Origin: an uncultured Methanotrichaceae archaeon
GTDB lineage: Archaea; Halobacteriota; Methanosarcinia; Methanotrichales; Methanotrichaceae
DNA length: 64,000 bases
Direction of reading: 5' to 3'
Assembly: GCA_964604285.1 (NCBI GenBank)
Contig: CAZRYL010000002.1
Location: 6,669 to 70,668 of the forward strand
In this document: positions 19,612-29,520 of the stretch, one piece after another
Layout of the letters: the number at the start of each line of letters is the position of its first letter
How positions within the stretch are numbered: position 1 is the stretch's first letter
Notes under the pieces: generated by a model
What the model was told of the DNA's origin: nothing
What the model saw: the letters and a program-made list of their open reading frames with translations, nothing else
Database searches by the model: none
Program-made: the position numbers and the translations under genes

Positions 19612-21107
19612 AATTTCACTTGGAGGCAAGCTTTCGGCTGAGCGCAGATGCTACAGATGCCCAAGCTGCCATCTCTGACTTTTTCGCAGGAGCGGCTACA
19701 ATGCTGCAAAAGGGAGCTCCTGAGGGACGAGGAGCAAAGATCCTTCAGTGGAAGCTGACGGGCAACAAGATCGATATCGTCATCGAGAGCGACAGATATG
19801 TTCGCGCTCATGATGCACTGCTGAGGCTGCGCCGACCGCTGGCCGAGCTCTTAGGCAAGAAATACCGGATAGGCGTGCGCGGCCTGGAGATCAGCAAGTT
19901 CGACATTCAGGTCGAGTCTGAAAGGCCCATTGCGCACAAGATACCATATGTGCGTGACATATCATTCGAAGATGGCAGGCTACTGCTCGAACTCGATGTG
20001 GGCCCGAATGGAACCTTGGGGCAGTCGGAGATCGAAAACAGGATACCTGACAGAATTGTGAACCTCCTGGAAGAGAAGCTTGAGTCTTATGGAGGCAAGG
20101 CCGAGCACTGGGAGCTTCTCTGGGAGAGCGCGCCTCGAGAGAGCAAGTTCAAACGCGATCCTACTGAGGAGATGCTGAAGGCGGGCTGGATCAAACACGG
20201 CTCCAGCCGTGGCCAGTGGATCTACGGGCCAGAGGCGACGCATGTCTTCAGAACCTTTGAGCAGATTGTGCTGGATGAGATCATTCGGCCTTTGGGCTAC
20301 AAAGAGATGATCTTTCCCAAGCTCGACACATGGGATGTCTGGAAGAGGAGCGGCCACGCTCAGGGAGTCTACCCGGAGATTTATTTTGTATGCCCGCCCA
20401 AGACCCGCGACCCTGCTTTTTGGGAAGAGGTGATGGATTACTACAAGATCACACATGAGGTGCCACTTGAGCTGGTAAAGGAGAAGATCGACGTGCCCAT
20501 CGGCGGCATGTGTTATGCGCAGTGCCCAACATTCTGGGTATTCTTGCAGGGCATGACCTTGCCAAATGATGAGCTGCCCATCAAGGTCTTCGACCGCTCC
20601 GGGACGAGCCACAGGTATGAGTCCGGCGGCATCCACGGCATTGAGCGCGTGGATGAGTTCCACAGGATCGAGATCGTATGGCTGGGTACAAAGGAGCAGA
20701 CCCTTGAGGAGGCAGAGCGGCTCAAGAGCTGCTACAAGCACATCTTCGAGGACATCCTTGAGCTGCGCTGGAGGATGGCCTGGGTCACTCCCTGGTTCAT
20801 GGCTCAAGAAGGAAAGACGGGCCTTGCAGAGATGCAGGGTGCAGGAACGGTAGATTATGAGGCTTTGCTTCCATACAACGGCAACTGGATTGAGTTCCAG
20901 AATCTGTCCGTCAATGGCGAGAAGTATCCCCGTGGCTTCACCGTCAAAGCTCAATCTGGCGATGCCCTTTGGTCCGGCTGCAGCGGAGTAGGCCTGGAGA
21001 GATGGACGAGCGCGTTCCTGAGCCAGAAAGGGCTTGACAGTGAAAACTGGCCGGAGGAGTTCAGGAAACGCTTCGGAAAGATGCCAAAAGGAATCAGGTT
21101 CCTGTGA
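19608..21107 (+). CDS. serS: Seryl-tRNA synthetase, methanogen type
   Basis: [11 protein letters not shown]-domain, [33 protein letters not shown]. Confidence 0.95.
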   Translation: MKFHLEASFRLSADATDAQAAISDFFAGAATMLQKGAPEGRGAKILQWKLTGNKIDIVIESDRYVRAHDALLRLRRPLAELLGKKYRIGVRGLEISKFDIQVESERPIAHKIPYVRDISFEDGRLLLELDVGPNGTLGQSEIENRIPDRIVNLLEEKLESYGGKAEHWELLWESAPRESKFKRDPTEEMLKAGWIKHGSSRGQWIYGPEATHVFRTFEQIVLDEIIRPLGYKEMIFPKLDTWDVWKRSGHAQGVYPEIYFVCPPKTRDPAFWEEVMDYYKITHEVPLELVKEKIDVPIGGMCYAQCPTFWVFLQGMTLPNDELPIKVFDRSGTSHRYESGGIHGIERVDEFHRIEIVWLGTKEQTLEEAERLKSCYKHIFEDILELRWRMAWVTPWFMAQEGKTGLAEMQGAGTVDYEALLPYNGNWIEFQNLSVNGEKYPRGFTVKAQSGDALWSGCSGVGLERWTSAFLSQKGLDSENWPEEFRKRFGKMPKGIRFL

Positions 21108-21330
21108 GCATTATCATAAATAAAAACTTTTTTAGATTGAGCTGTCTGACGCCTTTGTTGCTGTTGACTTTTATAGCGTCGTTGACTGAACTTTTTGGTG
21201 CTCTGCGTATATCAATTCTCTCAAAGATCAACAGACACAACTGATTCAGAAAAATTTTTAGCTAAAAATGGCAGAACAGTGATTTATAGAAATTCATGGG
21301 AGGTGATTTTTCCTGGCCAGCTACAACCAA

Positions 21331-22215
21331 ATGCCCCAAAAGATTCTTCAAGATCGCGCCCGAACCGCCCTGGCCCGCCTGGAGTCATGCGAGATCTGCC
21401 CCCGACGATGCGGCGTAAATCGCCTGAAAGACGAGCGCGGATTTTGCCGCATCGGCCGCCTGGCCCGCGTAGCCAGCTTTGCGCCCCACTTCGGCGAGGA
21501 GCCGCCTCTGGTGGGCAGCAGCGGCTCTGGAACCATCTTCTTCTCCGGATGCAACCTGGCCTGCGTCTTTTGCCAGAACTATGATATCAGCCAGCAGGAT
21601 CATGGCCAAGATGTATCTGCGGATGCATTGGCCAGGATGATGCTGCAACTGCAGGATCTTGGCTGCCACAACATAAACTTCGTCACGCCCACGCATGTTG
21701 TGCCACAGATTCTGGAGGCGTTGGTGCTGGCCGTAGATGATGGCCTGCGCGTGCCACTGGTCTACAACAGCGGCGGCTATGACAGCGTAAAGACAGTGCA
21801 ACTCCTGGATGGCATCTTCGACATCTACATGCCAGATGCCAAGTACGGCTCGGACGATGTGGCTCTCAAATATTCCGGAGCCCCTGACTACACGCACATC
21901 ATGAAGACTGCCATCAAAGAGATGCACCGCCAGGTGGGAGACTTGATCATGGACGAGGATGGAGTGGCTACTCGCGGCCTGCTAGTACGCCACCTCGTCC
22001 TGCCAGGGGACCTGGCAGGCAGCGCAGAGGTTGTGCGCTTCCTCTCTGAAGAGATCTCCCCGAACACCTACCTCAACGTCATGGCCCAGTACCGTCCAGA
22101 GTACAAAGCCTGTCGCTTTCCAGAGCTTAATCGGCGCATCAGCGCAAAGGAGTATAACGATGCTGTGCGCCTGGCTGCTCGGGCGGGTTTGACGCGAGGA
22201 TTAGCAATCCTTTAA
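21331..22215 (+). CDS. Radical SAM protein, PflX family
   Basis: CEICPRRCGVNR, HFGEE, GCNLACVFCQN, RHLVLPG. Confidence 0.85.
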   Translation: MPQKILQDRARTALARLESCEICPRRCGVNRLKDERGFCRIGRLARVASFAPHFGEEPPLVGSSGSGTIFFSGCNLACVFCQNYDISQQDHGQDVSADALARMMLQLQDLGCHNINFVTPTHVVPQILEALVLAVDDGLRVPLVYNSGGYDSVKTVQLLDGIFDIYMPDAKYGSDDVALKYSGAPDYTHIMKTAIKEMHRQVGDLIMDEDGVATRGLLVRHLVLPGDLAGSAEVVRFLSEEISPNTYLNVMAQYRPEYKACRFPELNRRISAKEYNDAVRLAARAGLTRGLAIL

Positions 22216-22241
22216 TGCCTGCCAGGCCGAACTATGTATGA

Positions 22242-22667
22242 ATGATGCCCTTCGAGTACCTGGAGCATACTGCAGACGTGAAGTTCCGAGCCTATGGCCA
22301 CAGCCCTGAAGAGATGCTCTCCAATGCTGCAGCCGCTCTCTTCAAGGTCATGGTGGACCCTGCCACAATTAAAACCACAGAGTTCTGGAATGTGGAGCTG
22401 GAGGCCCAGGACCTGGAGCAGCTCGCCTACCAGTGGCTCTCTGAGATCGTCTTCCTCTTCGAGTCGGAGTCGGCAGTCTTCGCCTCCTTCGCAGTCAGTC
22501 TAAAACAAAATGCAAACGGGACCTGGAGACTGGATGGCAAAATCGGAGGAGAGAGGATAGATTTGAAAAGGCATGCCTTCGAAAACGAGGTCAAGGCCGT
22601 CACAATGCACCAGTTTCAGATCACTAAAAATGACTTGTGGTGCATTCAGGTAATTTTGGACGTGTGA
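22242..22667 (+). CDS. Archease
   Basis: EYLEHTADV, EVKAVTMH, C-terminal LDV. Confidence 0.92.
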   Translation: MMPFEYLEHTADVKFRAYGHSPEEMLSNAAAALFKVMVDPATIKTTEFWNVELEAQDLEQLAYQWLSEIVFLFESESAVFASFAVSLKQNANGTWRLDGKIGGERIDLKRHAFENEVKAVTMHQFQITKNDLWCIQVILDV

Positions 22668-22671
22668 TTTC

Positions 22672-24099
22672 ATGGTTGATATAATCAAGATCAGTGATAA
22701 TATTTATGAGGTGCCCATCGGCTACCGGCCAGGCATGCGCGTTCCTGGCAGAATCTTCGTCTCTAAGGAATTGCGTGAGATGGTGGAACCAGGGACGATC
22801 GACCAGGTCGCAAACGTGGCCACACTGCCCGGAATTGTGAAGTACTCCATGGCCATGCCAGATGCGCACCTGGGGTATGGATTTCCCATCGGAGGAGTTG
22901 CAGCCTTTCATGAGGACACCGGCGTCATCAGCCCTGGCGGGGTGGGCTTCGACATCAACTGCGGCGTTCGCCTTCTCCGATCTGACCTGGAAGCCAAATC
23001 GGTTCAACCCCTCATCAACACACTGATCAGTGCGCTATTTGAGGCTGTGCCCTCGGGCCTCGGAGCCACAGGAAGGCTACATGCCACAGATCAGCAGCTC
23101 ACAGAGGCGTTCATGGCAGGTTCCAGATGGGCGGTGGAGGAAGGCTATGGCTTTGAGGCCGATCTGACTCACTGCGAGGAGATGGGCCACATGGCAGGAG
23201 CGGATCCATCCCAGGTGAGCGTGAAAGCCCGCAAGAGAGGCCGACCTCAGCTGGGGACCCTGGGCAGCGGCAATCACTTCCTGGAGATTCAGCGAGTCGA
23301 GGAGATTTTCGATGAGGACGTGGCCAGAAAATTCGGGCTCTTCAAGGGCCAGACTACTATCATGATACACTGCGGCTCGCGCGGAGCAGGCCATCAGATA
23401 TGCACAGACCACCTCGAGGTCCTCGCAAGGGCGGTGCGCAAATACAACATCGACATTCCAGACAAACAACTTGCCTGTGCACCTCTTGGATCGCCTGAGG
23501 CTGAGCACTACTTCGGCGGCATGGTCTGCGCTGCCAATTATGCGTGGGCCAACAGGCACATCATCGCTCACTGGACCAGAGAGGTCTTCGAGAGGTACTT
23601 TCCTGGCTCTAGCCTGGACCTGGTCTACGACGTGGCCCATAACGTGGCCAAGATCGAGGAGCACGACATCGATGGTAGGCGCGAGCGGCTGTACGTTCAC
23701 AGGAAGGGCGCGACTCGTGCCTTCGGCCCAAGCCGCAGCGAGGTGCCCGATGCCTACAGAAATGTGGGCCAGCCTGTGCTCATACCTGGCAGCATGGGGA
23801 CGCCCTCTTACGTTCTTTGCGGAAATGACCAGGCCCTTGAACTCACATTTGGCTCTGCATGCCATGGCGCGGGCAGGGTCATGAGTCGCAGCCAGGCCAC
23901 CCGTATGTTTGCCGGCAAGGACGTTTTGGCCGCCTTGAATAAGGATGGGATTGCGGTCAAGGCCACAAGCCCTGGCATGCTCGCTGAGGAGGCTCCACAG
24001 GTCTACAAGCCATCTGGTGATGTGGTGGACGTGGTGCATAGCCTTGGCATCGCCACAAAGGTTGCAAAGCTTGTGCCGCTGGGCGTGTCGAAAGGATGA
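22672..24099 (+). CDS. rtcB: tRNA-splicing ligase RtcB
   Basis: MPDAH.GYGFPIGG, GFDINCG, GSGNHF, HCGSRG, HRKGAT, CHGAGR. Confidence 0.97.
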   Translation: MVDIIKISDNIYEVPIGYRPGMRVPGRIFVSKELREMVEPGTIDQVANVATLPGIVKYSMAMPDAHLGYGFPIGGVAAFHEDTGVISPGGVGFDINCGVRLLRSDLEAKSVQPLINTLISALFEAVPSGLGATGRLHATDQQLTEAFMAGSRWAVEEGYGFEADLTHCEEMGHMAGADPSQVSVKARKRGRPQLGTLGSGNHFLEIQRVEEIFDEDVARKFGLFKGQTTIMIHCGSRGAGHQICTDHLEVLARAVRKYNIDIPDKQLACAPLGSPEAEHYFGGMVCAANYAWANRHIIAHWTREVFERYFPGSSLDLVYDVAHNVAKIEEHDIDGRRERLYVHRKGATRAFGPSRSEVPDAYRNVGQPVLIPGSMGTPSYVLCGNDQALELTFGSACHGAGRVMSRSQATRMFAGKDVLAALNKDGIAVKATSPGMLAEEAPQVYKPSGDVVDVVHSLGIATKVAKLVPLGVSKG

Positions 24100-24105
24100 A
24101 CCAAA

Positions 24106-24837
24106 ATGAAATTGCGCGTCGTTTTGGTGGAGCCCATGTACGAAGGAAACGTGGGCTCTGTGGCAAGAAGCATGAAGAACTTCGGCTTTAGCGACCTCGT
24201 GCTGGTCAATCCCTGCAAGATCGAGGACTTCGGCCTGGCCATGGCAGCACACGCACGCGATGTTCTGCAGATGTCAAGGTGCTTTTCGACCCTTCAAGAG
24301 GCGGTTCAGGGCGCAAACCTTGTGGTGGGCACGACAGGCAAACGGCTGGAGAATCCACAGCATCACCTGCGGCTGCACTTGCGTGCCCCCTGCCTGACTC
24401 CCGTAGAGCTTTCCCAAAAGCTCCAGGGAAAAGAAGGAACAGTTGCCCTACTACTGGGCCGTGAGGACTGCGGCCTGAATAGCGAGGAGCTGGCAGTCTG
24501 CGACATGGTCGTCTCCATCCCAACAAGCGCAGAGTATCCCGTCATGAACCTCTCGCACGCTGCTACAATTTTATTTTATGAGCTCTCTTGGGTGACGGAA
24601 GGAGAGGTCGAGCTTGCAAGCCGCGACAGCCTGCTGCTGCTGCAAGACAAAGCCAGATCGCTCCTCATAGAGGTCGGCTACCCCATGCATAAAGTGGAGT
24701 TCGCAGTGCTCATGCTGCGGCGCATCTTCGGGCGGGCTGAGCTGACTGAGAGAGAGGTGCGTACCATTTTGGGCATAATAAAGAACATCCGCTGGAAGAT
24801 CGGCTACGCCATGAAAGGAGCCCAAAATGAAAAATAA
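24106..24837 (+). CDS. trmJ: SPOUT tRNA methyltransferase, TrmJ family
   Basis: VVLVEP..GNVGSVARSMKNFG, GRED.GL, MNLSHA. Confidence 0.88.
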   Translation: MKLRVVLVEPMYEGNVGSVARSMKNFGFSDLVLVNPCKIEDFGLAMAAHARDVLQMSRCFSTLQEAVQGANLVVGTTGKRLENPQHHLRLHLRAPCLTPVELSQKLQGKEGTVALLLGREDCGLNSEELAVCDMVVSIPTSAEYPVMNLSHAATILFYELSWVTEGEVELASRDSLLLLQDKARSLLIEVGYPMHKVEFAVLMLRRIFGRAELTEREVRTILGIIKNIRWKIGYAMKGAQNEK

Positions 24838-24867
24838 TAGCAATGCTAGATGCCAACCTATCGGAAT

Positions 24868-25401
24868 TCATGAAGACGATGCACCAAAGCTGCATGTCGT
24901 CTGATCTGATGAATAATCGCAAATCATGGTGCCATAATAATCAGGTCCAGAATTTTTATTTGAATCCACGCTTGGGAGCGCAGAATCAAAGTCAAATCCC
25001 TGGGTCGTCCATCCAAAAGTAAACTGCATATCACTGGGTCCAATTATGGTGTTATAACTTCCGACCAGCTCGGATAGCAGGAGCTGGTTATCGATAAAGG
25101 AAAAATCGAATTTTGACTTTTGAGCACTTATTTTAGCGCTGTTGAAGAGAATCTGGTTTAAATTTTGGATTACGCTCTCGGGCCCTGTTCCACTAAAGGA
25201 TTTATCCATTGCGTTCCCACTCGGACTTGATTGGATTAAGTTATCTAGGGAATCAAAGCTATAGGTAGTTATAGAATTTGAACCCACATCCGCTAAGGCT
25301 GCTCCTTGCAGGAATGAGAGGGCAAAAAACAAAACCAGAAACTTGAGCAAGGCCCTTACCACCATTAATCCTGTTGTATATCTGGTAATATTCCTTTCCA
25401 T
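24868..25401 (-). CDS. Secreted hypothetical protein, Ser-rich
   Basis: Signal peptide ending AALA; C-terminal Cys pair. Confidence 0.55.
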   Translation of the reverse strand: MERNITRYTTGLMVVRALLKFLVLFFALSFLQGAALADVGSNSITTYSFDSLDNLIQSSPSGNAMDKSFSGTGPESVIQNLNQILFNSAKISAQKSKFDFSFIDNQLLLSELVGSYNTIIGPSDMQFTFGWTTQGFDFDSALPSVDSNKNSGPDYYGTMICDYSSDQTTCSFGASSS

Positions 25402-25556
25402 TAAATAAACGTGCAGGGAACCTATTTAATGAATATAGATAATAAATATAAATAAGTATAGTTTATACTTATGTTTTGACAGTAGCTTCAACCAAAACAG
25501 ATATATTTTGCTTATTAGTTAAATGAATAGAGTAAGGTTTTGCATCTACTGAGGGA

Positions 25557-26543
25557 ATGTTTAGGAGGGTCAAAGGTTTGGAAAGTGGACTTGGGAGAGC
25601 AATTTTATTTTTGATGGCATTTTCCCTGCTTGTCGGATTATCCACGGCAACCATCGGATACACGATCGACGCCAAGGTGGGAGGTTCCGCTTTTCATATA
25701 TCCCGATCGACTCATAATTTGACATTCAGCCTAGATGGAGACATATCTGGCTTTGGGAATTTCTCCAGGTACTCTCAGATCAAGAATGTTGCTGGAATCA
25801 AATCAAATGAGCGCTCTTCTGCAATACGAGGAGGAAATTTATCTCTTAATGAAAAGGAACGCCTTAAAACCATAGAAGGGCCTGTGAGCATCCTCCTCGA
25901 ACTTCAAAGCGGCACTAAGGACGTCACTGTACCCGATCAGACAGACCCTTCAAAATTTATAGTAGTCCCCCTGATAGCTGAATATGCCAAGATCAATATC
26001 GATGAGATCTGGCCATCTTCCTACGCCAATTATAAGAAGATGTCTTACTTTGGGCCGATCGTGCGTAATTTGGAGTATTATGAGAATAACGGAGATTTAG
26101 TCACAACATCGATAGATTCCTGGAAGCTTGACAAAGAGAGTTTATACAGAGCCAATATCAACAGAACGGTGATCGATGTCGATATGACTCCTTCACAAGT
26201 GCAAGTAGACAGGGCGATGAATAGATCCAGCTTCTATGCTTTGAATATGGAATCGACTGGCAGTCTAACTCACCTGGGTATAGCCAGAAAAGAATCCCAC
26301 AGCGCCTCCAAAGGAACAACCCCAAGAGATCCGGACATACTCGTTTCAGAGGATTTCGCAGGTCAGCACCATTTAACCCTTAAAATAAGCATGGATGAAT
26401 CCATTATCAAGAAGAAAGAGGAGGATTCATGGCTCCCTTGCTGTTCTGGTGGATATATCGATATGAATAAAGTAGATCAAAAGGGATTGAGTTCAGATTC
26501 GATCTTTGATTGCTCATGTGCCAGCCAACTTGCAAAACATTAA
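25557..26543 (+). CDS. Secreted beta-rich hypothetical protein with Cys-rich tail
   Basis: Signal peptide; C-terminal WLPCCSGG...FDCSC. Confidence 0.65.
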   Translation: MFRRVKGLESGLGRAILFLMAFSLLVGLSTATIGYTIDAKVGGSAFHISRSTHNLTFSLDGDISGFGNFSRYSQIKNVAGIKSNERSSAIRGGNLSLNEKERLKTIEGPVSILLELQSGTKDVTVPDQTDPSKFIVVPLIAEYAKINIDEIWPSSYANYKKMSYFGPIVRNLEYYENNGDLVTTSIDSWKLDKESLYRANINRTVIDVDMTPSQVQVDRAMNRSSFYALNMESTGSLTHLGIARKESHSASKGTTPRDPDILVSEDFAGQHHLTLKISMDESIIKKKEEDSWLPCCSGGYIDMNKVDQKGLSSDSIFDCSCASQLAKH

Positions 26544-26589
26544 AAAAATGGCCGTAGTTTGCGCCAGAGGCCGCCGCTCGATAAAGGCC

Positions 26590-27819
26590 TTATAGCCCCA
26601 GGCGAGCCTGCATGGGCACATTTACATTGCCCAAAGACTTCATGCGATAATCCTGCTGTAGCGTGGCCTTCAGCTTGCCAGGATAGACGCTTAAAGTGAT
26701 CTCCTTGGTTCGGCCATATCTGCCTTTGCTGATCACAACCGTATGCAGTATGCCCATCATGTCCAGCTCGGCGATGAGATCCGTAATCCTGCGATGTGTC
26801 AAATAATCGGTCTCAACCAAGGGGCAAAGCTGTTTGTACATGTTGTAGACGGCACTGGTGGTGATATTTCTTGTGCCTTGCTCCTCGAGAAGAACAATGC
26901 TGTACAGCACGAGCTTGGATTGAGTTGGAAGGGTCTTGACGACCTCCTCTACTCTATCCTGCTCGATCTTCTCTCGAGCAGATCGCACGTGATCTTCTGC
27001 CACGATCGTAGAACGCGATCTCTCTGCCAGCTCTCCAGAGATACGCAGGAGGTCCAAAGCCTTGCGAGCGTCTCCATGCTCTTGAGCAGCAAAAGCTGCA
27101 CAAAGGGGAATTACGCCCTCTTGAAGTGCTCCTGGACGAAAGGCCAGTTTTGCTCTCTGTTCCAGGATCTCTTTGATCTGTTCTGCATTATAGGGCGGGA
27201 AAATTATCTCGTCCTCGCCCAGAGAACTCTTCACCCTTGGATCCAGGAACTCTGTGAACTTAAGATCGTTTGAGATTCCTATGAGGCTAACCCTGGATCG
27301 GAGCAGATCTGAATTGACGCGTGAGAGATTATAAAGAACGTCGTCTCCTTTTCTGACCAGTTTATCTACTTCGTCTAGCATTATCACGACGACTCTCTTC
27401 TCGGCATCAAGCGCGCTTCTGAACTCAGCATAGACCTGATCTGTAGGCCAACCGGTCATAGGAATCTCTTTATCGAAATGCCTCGCCAAGTGGGCCAGGA
27501 TCCTGTATTGCGTGTCTACCACTTCGCAGTTGATGTAGATCACAGAGCACTTCATTTTTCCTAAACCCGCTTCTTCCAACTCTTTGCCTACGTATTTGGC
27601 TACAGCCGTCTTTCCCGTACCAGTCTTTCCGTAAATTAGGACGTTGGATGGTGTTTCTCCTCTCAATGCAGGAACTAAAACGGATGCCAGACTATTGATC
27701 TGCTCTTCTCTGTGGGGCAGCTCGCTTGGTGTATAAGTGGGGCGCAGTACATCTCTGGTTTGAAATATGCCACCCTGCGCCAATAGATCTGCAAATAACC
27801 CTCCAGACATAGAAACCAA
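26590..27819 (-). CDS. cdc6: Orc1/Cdc6 replication initiator
   Basis: YTPSELPHRE, GKTGTGKT, LDEVD, HGDARKALDLLR, winged helix SKGRYGRT. Confidence 0.97.
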   Translation of the reverse strand: MVSMSGGLFADLLAQGGIFQTRDVLRPTYTPSELPHREEQINSLASVLVPALRGETPSNVLIYGKTGTGKTAVAKYVGKELEEAGLGKMKCSVIYINCEVVDTQYRILAHLARHFDKEIPMTGWPTDQVYAEFRSALDAEKRVVVIMLDEVDKLVRKGDDVLYNLSRVNSDLLRSRVSLIGISNDLKFTEFLDPRVKSSLGEDEIIFPPYNAEQIKEILEQRAKLAFRPGALQEGVIPLCAAFAAQEHGDARKALDLLRISGELAERSRSTIVAEDHVRSAREKIEQDRVEEVVKTLPTQSKLVLYSIVLLEEQGTRNITTSAVYNMYKQLCPLVETDYLTHRRITDLIAELDMMGILHTVVISKGRYGRTKEITLSVYPGKLKATLQQDYRMKSLGNVNVPMQARLGL

Positions 27820-27881
27820 GATAATTCCCCTCGAACGATTTTTCTCTTGGTCTTGGAGGATATTAAGAGTTATGGTGAACT

Positions 27882-27936
27882 CCCCTTTGTTTCCAGTAGA
27901 ACTCTGGCCTCCTACCCCATGGTTTCCAGTGGAAAT
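27882..27936. promoter_or_regulatory. Two origin recognition boxes (ORBs) of a probable oriC
   Basis: CCCCTTTGTTTCCAGTAGAAC (27882-27902) and CCCCATGGTTTCCAGTGGAAAT (27915-27936) match the archaeal ORB with G-string, directly upstream of cdc6. Confidence 0.85.
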
Positions 27937-28030
27937 GAATTGAATTTAGCATCTCTTGTTAAGTAAAAATGTGAATTTAGTCGTTGGCTTTTTTTCGTTG
28001 TTTATATTTAAACTTTTTGTTGTAAAAAAA
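27937..28030. other. AT-rich stretch, candidate DNA-unwinding element of oriC
   Basis: A/T runs immediately beside the ORBs. Confidence 0.55.
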
Positions 28031-28081
28031 GTTCCGGATAAGTGCGGCCCGGAATTTTCCAGGACAAAAGTTCCTCCCCAA

Positions 28082-28340
28082 AAAGAAACGTTGGATTATG
28101 ATAGCTTTTCGCATCCAATCGGCACATTGGGGGTGAGCGCATGATCGTCATTCGCGAAAATTTCGATGTTCTTTGTGGGACGAAGGCCAGGTCGAGCTAA
28201 GATTTCTAACATGCAAAAGAGACAAGAGGAAAAGCAAGCGGCACCATTGGAAATCACACGGTTGCGCCTTGTCCCACATTATTTAGATAAGAAACTCAAT
28301 ATCCTTAATGCGAAAAGCTATCATAATCCAACGTTTCTTT
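28082..28340. repeat. Perfect 33-bp inverted repeat enclosing 193 bp
   Basis: AAAGAAACGTTGGATTATGATAGCTTTTCGCAT (28082-28114) is the exact reverse complement of 28308-28340. Confidence 0.95.
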
Positions 28341-28407
28341 GATCGTTATGAAGACTTTTCTTCTTAAAAGCGCAATAAACAAGGCATATTTTGGCCCAAG
28401 AAAACGC

Positions 28408-28668
28408 TCAGGCCACAGGAATCGTCTCAAGCTGGCTGGCGACATTCCAGATCAAAGTTCTTGTGTGGAGTGGAATATTGGGATCATTGCTTATTTCATC
28501 TAGTATGGATATGGCTGAGGCAGCCTTAACAGCTTCATTTACGCCTTCGTCCAGGAGAATGGCCTTAACATTCTCAGCCGAGCGCCGGATATTCCTTGGA
28601 ACAGCATCATCGCTCATGATGCGCTCTAAAACCTCAACGCATTGCTTAATGACTTTTTCAGATGTCAT
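28408..28668 (-). CDS. UPF0147 family protein
   Basis: [23 protein letters not shown]. Confidence 0.9.
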   Translation of the reverse strand: MTSEKVIKQCVEVLERIMSDDAVPRNIRRSAENVKAILLDEGVNEAVKAASAISILDEISNDPNIPLHTRTLIWNVASQLETIPVA

Positions 28669-28783
28669 GGCTTCACCACCTTCACTTAAAGGAAAAAGGT
28701 TAATGACGATGTCCGTCTCAATCAGTTATGCAGTGATGGTATGGTCGTTGTATTTAAACGTATGTGGTGGCTGGTGGTCGAGC

Positions 28784-29176
28784 ATGAATGAGGATGAAAT
28801 ACTCCAAAGGATAACGAAGTTTCTAGAACAGGGATGCACCATGCTGGCCACGCATCACGATTGCGGTGCGCCACTCTTCCGCTGTCATGGTGAGGTCGTC
28901 TGCCCGGTCTGTTCAGTCGAGCCAGATCAAGGCTCAGCCAAGGAGACATTGAGACCCGCAGCTTCGCAGCAGCCTGAGGCCTTGAAGATCCCTTCTGGTG
29001 ACGTTGCGCCAGTAGATGATCTGCTCCTTGCCAAGAGGCATCTGCGGGAGGTTCTTATTCGTAAGCTGGAAATGCTTATCAAAGAGCTGGATGAAGAACA
29101 GGACCTGGATAAGCAAAAAAAGCAACTGGATTGTATCGAAGGCCTGCTGAAGGCGTTTCGCGCCATGTCAAGGTGA
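28784..29176 (+). CDS. UPF0148/SSSCA1-like Zn-ribbon protein
   Basis: LEQGCTMLATHHDCGAPLF...VVCPVC; ATG at 28784 preferred over the ORF-track start. Confidence 0.8.
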   Translation: MNEDEILQRITKFLEQGCTMLATHHDCGAPLFRCHGEVVCPVCSVEPDQGSAKETLRPAASQQPEALKIPSGDVAPVDDLLLAKRHLREVLIRKLEMLIKELDEEQDLDKQKKQLDCIEGLLKAFRAMSR

Positions 29177-29260
29177 TGCAGTCTGGTCCAAGGAAGGCGT
29201 TTTGGTGCCTCAAGTCTGGTCCAAGATCATAGGTGTGGATCCCCGCCGGGATCTCTACAG

Positions 29261-29500
29261 GATAGGTCTCCACAGGATGGGTCTCCACAGGATAGGTCTC
29301 CACAGGATGGGTCTTTTCAGGATAGGTCTCCACAGGATGGGTCTTTTCAGGATAGGTCTCCACAGGATGGGTCTTTTCAGGATAGGTCTCCACAGGATGG
29401 ATCTCCACAGGATGGGTCTCTTCAGGATAGGTCTCCACAGGATGGGTCTTTTCAGGATAGATCTCCACAGGATGGGTCTCTTCAGGATAGATCTCCACAG
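29261..29500. repeat. Tandem array of 16 x 15-bp units (GATRGRTCTYYWCAG) with a partial unit just upstream
   Basis: Units read directly; alternating variants give a 30-bp higher-order period. Confidence 0.95.
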
Positions 29501-29520
29501 GAAATAAAGGGGTTGGCCAA

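Noticed and set aside
23077-24252. Long antisense ORFs (also 19980-20954, 33087-34019, 32734-33525, 40529-41329)
   Set aside because: Shadow frames of well-supported genes, with no motifs of their own
22242-24837. archease-rtcB-trmJ as a novel RNA repair system
   Set aside because: Archease-RtcB linkage is well established in archaea
28391-28783. N-terminal extension of the 261-aa ORF
   Set aside because: Antisense to UPF0147; the real gene starts at the ATG at 28784
29261-29500. CRISPR array
   Set aside because: Units are contiguous 15-mers with no unique spacers, and no cas genes are present
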